Shown here: piece after piece, positions 47,845-55,870 of the stretch
Position numbering within the stretch: position 1 is the stretch's first letter
Layout of the letters: the number at the start of each line of letters is the position of its first letter
Assembly (NCBI GenBank): GCA_040768005.1
Contig: JAXGNL010000009.1
Coordinates: 1,471-65,470, forward strand
Reading direction: 5' to 3'
DNA from: Kiritimatiellia bacterium
GTDB lineage: Bacteria > Verrucomicrobiota > Kiritimatiellia > CAIQIC01 > Lenti-01
Length of the DNA: 64,000 nt
Translations under genes and position numbers: made by a program
Notes under the pieces: generated by a model
Told to the model about the DNA's origin: nothing
What the model saw: the letters and a program-made list of their open reading frames with translations, nothing else
The model's database searches: none

Positions 47845-49644
47845 GTACGCCCAGCATGGGCGTGAAGCGTATGGGGTTGAAGTCCCCTGTACATGGAATC
47901 AACCTACCGAAAGGAAGGGAAAAGTACGAGCCAAAAGCAAGGGCGGTCGGGTAACCGGCGGTCTGGAGGAAGCTGGCGGCGAAGTCACGGGCCGATGAAC
48001 AAGAATTGCATAGCAGGCCGAGTGGGCCGGGTGAGTGGGCACAAGACCACGAAACCCGCTGGTTCAGCCCATACGGTAAATGCGGCGGCCGCGGGACGGA
48101 CGTTCACGCTCTTATCTGGGGAGATCCCGTCCCGACCTCTCAAGAGTCGGGACCGGGAAGTCAGCCGAGGGCATAGTAGCCCAACGCCGGAGGCAATGCT
48201 CCGGACATGGTGAAGGCCCGAACATCGGAACCGGGGAGGACGCCCGTCGCTCCCGCCGCCTTGATGAACCCGAATGGGGGAGAGCGCGGCGGCAACACGG
48301 CGGCCCCGTCTGCCCCGCAACCCACCGACCTGCTCGAACGGGTCCTGGATCGCGGCAACCTCAACCGGGCCTGGCGCCGGGTCAAAGCCAACGGCGGCGC
48401 ACCCGGCATCGACGGCATGACCGTCGAAGCCTTCCCGGAATGGGCGCGCGTGAACTGGGCTCCGATCCGGCAGGCGATCCTGACGGGAACCTACCGCCCT
48501 TCGCCGGTGCGGCGGGTGGAGATTCCCAAGGCCTCTGGAGGCAAACGCCCGCTGGGCATCCCGACCGTCACGGACCGGGTGATCCAGCAGGGCATTCTCC
48601 AGGTGCTCGGCCCGATGTGGGACCCCGGATTCTCGGAGTCCAGCTTCGGGTTCCGTCCCGGACGCAACGCCCACGGAGCTGTCAAGCAGGTCCAGGGGCT
48701 GATCCGCACCGGCCGCCGCTGGGCGGTCGATATCGACCTGCGGAAGTTCTTCGACACCGTGGACCACCGGATCGTCATGAGCCGGTTGGCCCGCAAGATC
48801 GAAGGCCAGCCGCTGTTGAGGCTGATCGGCCGCTACCTGCGGGCGGGCGTCATGATCGACGGACACATCGAACCCACGCGGGAGGGCGTGCCCCAGGGCG
48901 GGCCGCTCTCGCCCCTGCTGGCCAACATCGTTCTGGACGACCTCGACCGGATGCTGGATCAACGCGGTCATGCGTTCGCGCGGTACGCGGACGACTTCGT
49001 GATCCTGGTCCGGAGCGAACGGGCGGCCCAACGCGTGATGGCCGGCGTCTGCACCTTTCTGGAACGCAGGCTCAAGCTCCGCATCCATACCGGCAAAAGC
49101 CGCATCGTGCGCGGTTCGCAACTCGATTACCTCGGGTTCTGCTTCGCACGCGGCCGCATCCGGCTCACCCACGAGGCCCTGCTGAACTTCAAGCGGGAAC
49201 TCCGGTGGTGGACCGGGCGGCACTGGTTGAAGTCGATGGACGTGCGCCTTGCCAAGCTGCGGTCCTACGTGCAGGGGTGGATGAACTACTACGGGCTCTC
49301 CGGCGTCTACCGCGACTGGCCGGGTCTGGACGACTGGCTGCGGCGGCGGATTCGGATGTGCTACTGGGTGATGTGGAAACGTCCCCGGCCCCGCATCCGC
49401 AACCTGCGCGCCCTCGGCGTCCCGATCCGCCAGGCGGTCGGCCTCGGCCGCAGCAGTCTCGGATCGTGGAAGTGCGCCCGACTGCTTGGGTTCGCGATGT
49501 CAAAGAGCTGGCTGGAAAAGCAGGGTCTCATCTGCCTCGCAGACGACTGGTGAGCGGCGCTGGTACTGGGTCCGGCGAACGCCGGTGAATCTGCAACGCG
49601 TACGGTGGCAGGGAGGAGCTAATCACTCCCTTACCCACCTCGAT
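47845..49644 (+). mobile_element. group II intron, class C attC-targeting type (1800 nt)
   Basis: Starts GTACG directly after an attC stem-loop ending in TTGT. Ends ...CCTCGAT before TCGCA. Encodes an RT/maturase without an endonuclease domain. Orientation is antisense to the cassettes. Confidence 0.8.
48207..49553 (+). CDS. group II intron reverse transcriptase/maturase
   Basis: RVEIPKASGGKRPLGIPTVTDRVIQQ, FGFRPGRNAHGAV, DIDLRKFFDTVDH, GVPQGGPLSPLLANIVL, ARYADDFVILV, maturase RSYVQGWMNYYG. No HNH/En domain. The start could instead be ATG 48264. Confidence 0.9.
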   Translation: MVKARTSEPGRTPVAPAALMNPNGGERGGNTAAPSAPQPTDLLERVLDRGNLNRAWRRVKANGGAPGIDGMTVEAFPEWARVNWAPIRQAILTGTYRPSPVRRVEIPKASGGKRPLGIPTVTDRVIQQGILQVLGPMWDPGFSESSFGFRPGRNAHGAVKQVQGLIRTGRRWAVDIDLRKFFDTVDHRIVMSRLARKIEGQPLLRLIGRYLRAGVMIDGHIEPTREGVPQGGPLSPLLANIVLDDLDRMLDQRGHAFARYADDFVILVRSERAAQRVMAGVCTFLERRLKLRIHTGKSRIVRGSQLDYLGFCFARGRIRLTHEALLNFKRELRWWTGRHWLKSMDVRLAKLRSYVQGWMNYYGLSGVYRDWPGLDDWLRRRIRMCYWVMWKRPRPRIRNLRALGVPIRQAVGLGRSSLGSWKCARLLGFAMSKSWLEKQGLICLADDW

Positions 49645-49748
49645 TCGCATTATTATTTTGGCTGTTCGGCTGTTCCATCGTTCCCTTGTCCGGGCTGAAA
49701 TCGCTTTGCTTCCTCACCATCCGCCGGCATCACTCGGAATCATTATTT

Positions 49749-49812
49749 TCAGAACGTCAGCGTTCTGGGACAGCGCACTTTGTGCGCTGTACCCAGCAAC
49801 GCCGTGTTCTGT
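49749..49812 (-). repeat. attC (cassette 9)
   Basis: TCAGAACGTCAGCGTTCTGGGACAGCGCACTTTGTGCGCTGTACCCAGCAACGCCGTGTTCTGT. Confidence 0.85.
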
Positions 49813-50242
49813 GTCATTGTTTTATGATCCTCATCAGTTCTTCTGGGCCAAACCGCTCCCGCATGAGGTGGATAATTCCAAAGCGCCTGGCAGAATCCAT
49901 TCGGAGGGATAACCCCCAGCCCCTTTATCTGTTTTTGTCGGGGGGCCAACATCGTTTCAAAGTGACGCTGGAAATCGGCGTATGCAGGCAATATCGGCTT
50001 CTGCTCTGAAGTGTTTTAAAGAACTCAAGTTCCGCAAGCACGTCAGGCCTGTGTAGATGGAAGCCGAGAACACAATGGAGTCCTCGTAGCGGTTCGCATT
50101 TGAGGGTGTAATACGTGTTTGACCTTTTTGAGCGCGTAGCCATCAAAAAGGTCTTCCAGTTCCAGATTGCTTATCCGCCAAGGAATGAACTTTAGCGGGG
50201 CGGGTAAGTTGAAATCCTGATGTTAAGTCCATTATCTCTTTC
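49813..50242 (-). pseudogene. cassette 9 coding remnant, fragmented over three frames
   Basis: Pieces read on the minus strand: MDLTSGFQLTRPAKVH..., KFIPWRISNLELEDLFDGYALKKVKHVLHPQ, LRGLHCVLGFHLHRPDVLAELEFFKTLQ, KPILPAYADFQRHFETMLAPRQKQIKGLGVIPPNGFCQALWNY, IHLMRERFGPEELMRIIKQ-stop just before the attC. Confidence 0.4.
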
Positions 50243-50301
50243 ACAGAACGTCAGTGGTGAGGGCGCGAGTTTACGAGCGTACTTCCACCACCTTGTTGGG
50301 G
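50243..50301 (-). repeat. attC (cassette 8)
   Basis: ACAGAACGTCAGTGGTGAGGGCGCGAGTTTACGAGCGTACTTCCACCACCTTGTTGGGG. Near-identical to attC 1. Confidence 0.85.
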
Positions 50302-50304
50302 CTG

Positions 50305-50547
50305 TTATTCGGTTTCATCTTTGAATTCTTTGCACCATTTGGCGGCGTAATAGGCGCTAATAGGCAGGATCACCAAGAAGTGGATTGCGGCAATCAGTCC
50401 TTTCCAGAACTGTGGCGCCGTTCCGGGCAGTAACTCGGCCGGCGAGATGGTGCTGCAGCCAAAACAGCAGCATGGCCAGATAGAGAACAGCTGCCCGACA
50501 ATACGCCAGCCGCCAGCTCAAGCTATTTTCAATTTCTGAATATTCAT
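50305..50547 (-). pseudogene. cassette 8 ORF, small membrane protein with in-frame TGA at codon 10
   Basis: ATG 50547: MNIQKLKIA-TGA-AGGWRIVGQLFSIWPCCCFGCSTISPAELLPGTAPQFWKGLIAAIHFLVILPISAYYAAKWCKEFKDETE-TAA. The stop lies 3 nt before attC 8. The TGA is at 50518-50520. Confidence 0.5.
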
Positions 50548-50557
50548 TTTCTCGTGG

Positions 50558-50616
50558 CCCCAACGTCAGCGTCAGACGCGCCACTGTGGCGCGTATCCAG
50601 CAGCGCATTGTTGTGC
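50558..50616 (-). repeat. attC (cassette 7)
   Basis: CCCCAACGTCAGCGTCAGACGCGCCACTGTGGCGCGTATCCAGCAGCGCATTGTTGTGC. Related to attC 2. Confidence 0.85.
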
Positions 50617-50624
50617 CTTTTGTA

Positions 50625-51251
50625 TTATTCATGCACGGGGATATTGTCTGATACGAAGTGAAGAATTCGACCTTTTTCGCGAATATATCTTCCAATTCTT
50701 TCCAAAATGCGCTTTGGGCCGAGCGGACTTGTCGTTAGGGTCCTTTAATCTCGCAAAAGAACCAATCTGAAAGATCTGGTTTTAGTAAACAAATAAATCC
50801 GGGGTCCTCTGTAGCCATGGGCCTTCTTGGCAAACTCCACATTCGATCAAACAAAGGCGAAGAAACGCACTGATGGAAGATTGACGCTTTACGAGGGTGT
50901 CGCTCATTGGCGTTTTAATGTCGTGTATTTTTCGACCAGACTCAAATACCCTCGCTCATGCCACCATACATGGCCGCGGATGCTTCATAAAAGTGGTGAT
51001 GGCGTTGATTAAGGAATATTTCAAGGTCCCGCCGCCAGTATCTTAGAAATAAGCATGGGGTCATGAGAAATATTGAAGTCTTTGGAGTATTTCACCTGGA
51101 GCGATACCGCGCGTGTCTGCCGTTTATTTGTAACCAAGAAGTCGATACCCGTGTCCTTAGAGGGTATCCATACAGATAAATCGCGGAAATGTGCTTCAAT
51201 ATATGAGCCGACTAAGTACTCGCCAGCATGAACGGTAAATAGTGTCTTCAT
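50625..51251 (-). pseudogene. cassette 7 ORF, PD-(D/E)XK nuclease-like protein, fragmented as read
   Basis: MKTLFTVHAGEYLVGSYIEAHFRDLSVWIPSKDTGIDFLVTNKRQTRAVSLQVKYS has a D...(S/E)xQVK arrangement. It continues in shifted frames (WRRDLEIFLNQRHHHFYEASAAMYGGMSEG / VFESGRKIHDIKTPMSDTLVKRQ... / IGRYIREKGRILHFVSDNIPVHE-TAA). The first and last pieces are in the same frame. Confidence 0.45.
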
Positions 51252-51264
51252 AATTGTCTTTCTC

Positions 51265-51378
51265 GGTGAACGTCAGGGTTCAGGCTCGACCCACGGCTGT
51301 ACGGTGTAGGTGTGTAGCGAGCGGAAGGGTGTGCAGTGCGGCAGCTTGTGGGTCGTAGTCTGGAACCCCTTGTTCGAC
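51265..51378 (-). repeat. attC (cassette 6), long form (114 nt)
   Basis: GGTGAACGTCAGGGTTCAGGCTCGACCCACGGCTG...CAGCTTGTGGGTCGTAGTCTGGAACCCCTTGTTCGAC. Confidence 0.75.
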
Positions 51379-51563
51379 GATTTTTCATCCTCAAAATGCG
51401 AAAAATGGCCTGAAAATGGCCCAAAATGGGCTGTAGAGGCTATTTTGGGCACTATTTTCATGTTTTCGGGCCGTCGCGGAGGCTTGTAGCCGTCCGCTTG
51501 ACGATTTCTCCTCAATATTGGCCTGCTGTCGCCCATAGCGCCATCATTTTCATCTACTTCTTT

Positions 51564-51641
51564 GTCGAACGCCCACCGTGACCCTCGTTTCACGCCGCGT
51601 CCGCGCGGTGTGAAACGTAGCGGTCCACGGTGTTGTTCGCA
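51564..51641 (-). repeat. attC (cassette 5)
   Basis: GTCGAACGCCCACCGTGACCCTCGTTTCACGCCGCGTCCGCGCGGTGTGAAACGTAGCGGTCCACGGTGTTGTTCGCA. Confidence 0.8.
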
Positions 51642-51644
51642 CAG

Positions 51645-52412
51645 CTACTCCTGCTTCGCCAGTCCGTCCAGGCCCGCCAGAAAAGGCGACTTCACGATCT
51701 GCACGACAACAGGAGCGGTGACGGCGACAACTGCGTCGAGCGAGTAGCGAAATGAGACCTTCTGCTTGAACGTTTCCGCCTTGTCGTATCCCTTGTCCAT
51801 CTCTCCTATGGTCTCCAACTGCTTGAGCGATCCCTTATTGTATGTCATGAGGGGTTTGAGGTCTTTGGACAGCAGGACGAAATCCATTGGCATAAGCACG
51901 CTGGCGAATTGCGCCCCAGCAAACATCGTTGTGAGGGAGGGGCGTGGATCATTGACGGCCAGCACGAGCAGCATATCTGCTGCTTTAAACTGATCCAACC
52001 CCGCTCGCACAGTCTGACCGGACAGAAGTGCTGTCGTATCCAGCTTGATGCTTCCACCAATCGCCTCGACCTGTGCAACAATGCTCGCAACGATCAGCTG
52101 ACTGATTGAGTTCGTCGGAACCACAGGTCTGTAGGACAACCACTCCGTGAGATTCGTTCTGGCGTAGTCGGTCCCCATCTTTGGGTTCAGGTATTCCTTT
52201 GGCTCACCATCAACAATCGAGAAACTCTGGTAGTTGATGACGAGTACCCCCACCGATCTCGGTTGGTGCAGTTTCCCGAAATCAGTGGCCTGCCATTCTG
52301 CCTTCTCTGGTGCCTCGTCGGTGGCGACTTTCACCTTTGCCTCATCCGCAAGCCCTAGACTAGCCACCGCTAACACACCACACGCCCAAACCCATGCTGC
52401 CTTTGTCCTCAT
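51645..52412 (-). CDS. cassette 5 ORF, secreted protein of unknown function
   Basis: Intact ORF of about 255 aa. MRTKAAWVWACGVLAVASLGLA signal peptide. No recognisable domain. Confidence 0.65.
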   Translation of the reverse strand: MRTKAAWVWACGVLAVASLGLADEAKVKVATDEAPEKAEWQATDFGKLHQPRSVGVLVINYQSFSIVDGEPKEYLNPKMGTDYARTNLTEWLSYRPVVPTNSISQLIVASIVAQVEAIGGSIKLDTTALLSGQTVRAGLDQFKAADMLLVLAVNDPRPSLTTMFAGAQFASVLMPMDFVLLSKDLKPLMTYNKGSLKQLETIGEMDKGYDKAETFKQKVSFRYSLDAVVAVTAPVVVQIVKSPFLAGLDGLAKQE

Positions 52413-52432
52413 CTTCTCTGCTCCTTTCTCCA

Positions 52433-52493
52433 TGCGAACGTCCGGCCTCTGCGGCGACGCGATAGCGACGTACGCAGCAGGCCGTTGTTGGCC
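52433..52493 (-). repeat. attC (cassette 4)
   Basis: TGCGAACGTCCGGCCTCTGCGGCGACGCGATAGCGACGTACGCAGCAGGCCGTTGTTGGCC. Confidence 0.8.
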
Positions 52494-53534
52494 TCATCTC
52501 TGTTTTCCTTCATGCCACGGTGGAGTTCGAGGCAAGCCAAGCGCTTCGCGCTCTGTGTCATCGAGGACACGGCACGTCAGCGGGTCGCCCCAACCATCGA
52601 GCGCTATCGTTCGATCTGGTGCTTCAGTCGCTCTACGTGCTCGGTCGCGGTCAAAGGGCTCTCGCGCCTCTGTGCCCCGAGCCGTTGGGCGTGAACGTTC
52701 GTCAAGATAGCTGAAGGCTAGATATTCTGGTCCCACTCCGGTCTTGATATGCATCCATTCGTTCAGGGGGTACTCTCGGCGAGGGCCGGGTTCAGGCATT
52801 CCGAGTGTTGGCAGATACAACGAGATTCCAGCAAATAGATTCAGACACACACCGATCACAACGCCAGTCCATAGGAGGCGCTGGGGCCTCTTCAAGTCCG
52901 CGAATGAGAACAGGCGTAGCCCCATCCATAGCCAGAGCCCAACCAACAAGCCGCCGAAGTTCATCCCCACATTGCTACGTGTAAATGCGAATGCGGTGTT
53001 GACCGTGATTTGGGTGAACCCCGGGAGGCATGCACCTTCGAGCATGCGCTCGTAGAGATCGACGGCACGGGGCACAACTGCGATAGCGACCACAACAAGA
53101 ACAATGGTCAGTAGCGAATGTCCTGCCAGCGCAATGGCCGACATATAATTCGGGGTGGCTTTAGGGTGGGATGGAGCAGGAGTCTCATCCAGAGGAGACG
53201 GCCCAAATCGATTCGCACCGGCATTGCCACGAAAGAACCCAAGCTCGATGAATAGCCACAACCAACCGATGACGGGGATAAGCGAGATAAGCAAGAACCA
53301 AGCGGAATGGTTACGGTCATGCGCTCTTTTCACCCAGAGCGGCAGTTGAAACCAAAGCAGCGCAATGCTGAAGGCAGCAGACCACCCGGTGATGAGAAGA
53401 GGCGGACCATAAAGTACGGCAAGAACGGCAAATGGGATGACGGTCGCGAAGAACAAGGGCGCTACCCCTTTGTTCCAGAACTGGAAGCGACTCATCCGCC
53501 CCGAATACGAAGTCAGCGCCTGAACTATCGTCAT
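52494..53534 (-). CDS. cassette 4 ORF, DUF805-domain membrane protein fused to extra TM and C-terminal regions
   Basis: MTIVQALTSYSGRMSRFQFW...LWVKRAHDRNHSAWFLLISLIPVIGWLWLFIELGFFRGNAGANRFGP is the DUF805 pattern. Four or five further TM helices follow, then a charged tail. Confidence 0.7.
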   Translation of the reverse strand: MTIVQALTSYSGRMSRFQFWNKGVAPLFFATVIPFAVLAVLYGPPLLITGWSAAFSIALLWFQLPLWVKRAHDRNHSAWFLLISLIPVIGWLWLFIELGFFRGNAGANRFGPSPLDETPAPSHPKATPNYMSAIALAGHSLLTIVLVVVAIAVVPRAVDLYERMLEGACLPGFTQITVNTAFAFTRSNVGMNFGGLLVGLWLWMGLRLFSFADLKRPQRLLWTGVVIGVCLNLFAGISLYLPTLGMPEPGPRREYPLNEWMHIKTGVGPEYLAFSYLDERSRPTARGTEAREPFDRDRARRATEAPDRTIALDGWGDPLTCRVLDDTEREALGLPRTPPWHEGKQR

Positions 53535-53555
53535 CTCTTTTCTCCTTCTGCTGGT

Positions 53556-53620
53556 GACCAACGTCAGGGCTCACGCTCAGCGCACGTTAGTGCGCTGTAG
53601 TGTGCAGCCCATGGTTCGCA
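53556..53620 (-). repeat. attC (cassette 3)
   Basis: GACCAACGTCAGGGCTCACGCTCAGCGCACGTTAGTGCGCTGTAGTGTGCAGCCCATGGTTCGCA. Confidence 0.8.
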
Positions 53621-53712
53621 TCCTTCTCTTTATGGGTCAGTAGAAACCTTCCAGTATTTCTGTGTAACTAATATTAGTGTGTATGAATTGATGGCTGGAG
53701 CGTCAGGCATCT

Positions 53713-54583
53713 CTACCATGCGTCCCGTATATGGTAGTATTTTTTTATACCACTCGGCACCATATCAGTGTAAACATTAACAGGGGGTGTAGCCTGAATG
53801 CCATTTGCAAGAGTTGTCCATCCATCCCACCCAGCAGGCAAATTTGTAGAATGTTTTATTTCGTATGTGTGATTTGCTGCGCTTTCCCATTGTATAACAG
53901 GATGTCCGCTTGCAGATTCTATTGAAGTTAAGTACGCCCTATCATCTGCGTCAGTTATATTAATAACGAACACCTTTTGCGTAAACAGCCCGCTCTGATC
54001 TGCAGACTGCGCGCGAATACTGTAAGTGTTTTTTTGCTCATAATCAAATGACGCCGTCGCTAGCAGGTTACTGCCGCTTATGCTGAAGGACCCGTTGTCT
54101 CCGCTCCCAGTTCCGGCAACCAGTGTGTAGGTGAATGTATTGGCGAAATCTGGGTCTTGGGTACTTAAGGAGCCAACCGTCGTGCCTACTGCCAGATTCT
54201 CAATCACGTTTGTACTGGACAGCAGGATGTTGGTCGGGGTCTCGTTCGTGTTGAGAACATTGATCGCAAACACTTTCTGGGTGGACAGGCCGCCCTGATC
54301 GGCAGACTGGACTCGGATGCTGTAGTTGCTCTTGACCTCGTAGTTGAATATGGCCGCCGTCAACAGATTGCTCCCGCTGATTGTGAACGATCCGTTGTCT
54401 CCACTGCCCGTCCCGGCAACCAGTGTGTAGGTGAATGTATTCCCCAGAACCTCATATTCTGCACCTTGAGCGTTTGTCCGGACACAGCCCTCACTTCGGC
54501 AGTGCGTTTCTTGAAAGTGTCAAACCCCGCCTGGGTTGCGGATATTGTGACCAAGAAGAGCCCTACTGCAACGATCGCCTCAT
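53713..54583 (-). pseudogene. cassette 3 ORF, secreted cadherin-like repeat protein, 5' end in other frames as read
   Basis: Repeats FxYE..xxYSIRVQSADQGGLxTQKVFxINVxxxNExP occur twice in ORF 53713-54363. Upstream, AAGGAG-ATG (54583) MRR, then the signal-like IVAVGLFLVTISATQA and EYEVLGNTFTYTLVAGTGSGDNGSFTISGSNLL lie in two other frames. Confidence 0.6.
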
Positions 54584-54602
54584 CTTTCGTTCTCCTTTCG
54601 CT

Positions 54603-54661
54603 GCCTAACGTCAGCGTTTGGGACGCGCCACTTGTGGCGTACCAGCAGCGCATTGTTCGCT
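54603..54661 (-). repeat. attC (cassette 2)
   Basis: GCCTAACGTCAGCGTTTGGGACGCGCCACTTGTGGCGTACCAGCAGCGCATTGTTCGCT. In cassette orientation the R' box is the canonical GTTAGGC. Confidence 0.85.
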
Positions 54662-55526
54662 GCTCTATTTCTGCCATGTCTTTTTCATGTTCGCGATCAC
54701 GCAAGGTGTCACGGTTCTTTGTAATGAACTCGGCATCCACAGGATTTTGAATCGGCCTCATTTCTGCGCTTTTGCCAAGATATAAATTCTGCTCGTCCAG
54801 CAACTTGCAGGACGTTGTCAAGATTCTCGTCGGATAATCGGGAATCCTAGCAGCGATTTTTTGTACTTCGCTTGCAGCTTCAATAGTAGTTATTTTCCAA
54901 TACGGTAAATGCAACATAGTTCTTCACGAAGCGTATGGTGGGGCTTCAAAATATCGCCAATAGAATTAAGCAGCGCACGCGCTGCTTCAATTGTCCATAG
55001 TGATTTCTTTTCCAGAATGCCTCGTCGTACACCTCGCCATCCCCCGTTCCGTCATCCGGTTCCTCGTAGGTATCCACATCTTTGAGAAGTGGAGGGCCTG
55101 TGGCCACCTGACTCGATCATATTGACCTGGACGGCGATTATCGGAATAGAGTTGCTGGAGAGTTGTATAACGTTGAAGAACCGACGTGTGATGCACTCGG
55201 CCACGAGAACTGCATAGTGCTGCCGTTGCGGCCACCGTCGCCGTTGTCCCAGTATTCAATCGTACGGGTGATGTGTGATTCATCGTTTCGCTGAAAGCAT
55301 AATCTCGACCTCATATTACTGAATCGTCTTCGGGATTTTTATGAGGACATCCAGTCGTCCACTGACGACTGGATACGTTCCTTTGATACCGACTCCAGAT
55401 CGCCGAGTCCAAGGCAGGTCGGATTGTCGTATATTTGGTCACGTAGCCAGTATTCATACTAACTCCGGCATCAAGCGTATGCTCACAGCACTAGCAATAG
55501 TAATATCCATATTATCTCTTTCAAAA

Positions 55527-55584
55527 AGCGAACGTCAGTGGTGAGGGGCGAGTTTACGAGCGTACCTTCACCACCTTGTTCGGC
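55527..55584 (-). repeat. attC (cassette 1)
   Basis: AGCGAACGTCAGTGGTGAGGGGCGAGTTTACGAGCGTACCTTCACCACCTTGTTCGGC. Confidence 0.85.
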
Positions 55585-55598
55585 TTCATTCATTTTCT

Positions 55599-55790
55599 TC
55601 AAGATCCGGATCTGACGCTGTAGGCAATACCGAGTGTGCTGGTGACGATAAGGATTGGCCATGCCGATAGCCCGTCTTGGCGGCCAAGGTCAACGCAGGC
55701 AAGGCCGATGCCGATGAGTAAACCGCGAGAGCGAAATATCTGTTCTTTTGTGTGTTTGGCGATTCGCCGCGTTTTAATATTTTCATTCAT
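55599..55790 (-). CDS. cassette 1 ORF, small protein of unknown function
   Basis: 63 aa. MNENIKTRRIAKHTKEQIFRSRGLLIGIGLACVDL... The ATG lies 12 nt after the GTTCGGC junction box. The overlapping 66-aa ORF in another frame is less likely. Confidence 0.45.
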   Translation of the reverse strand: MNENIKTRRIAKHTKEQIFRSRGLLIGIGLACVDLGRQDGLSAWPILIVTSTLGIAYSVRSGS

Positions 55791-55800
55791 ATTATTTTAT

Positions 55801-55870
55801 GCCGAACAGCTCATCGGCCCAAGTCAGACTTGAAAAGCCGAAGTGGTTGATCGGAGAATAGCGAGAGGGC
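55801..55870 (-). other. attI-like region with first cassette junction
   Basis: Minus strand reads ...GAGCTGTTCGGCATAAAATAATATG. GTTCGGC (plus 55801-55807) has the same form as the attC boxes and marks the start of cassette 1. The extent of attI is not determinable from sequence. Confidence 0.4.
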
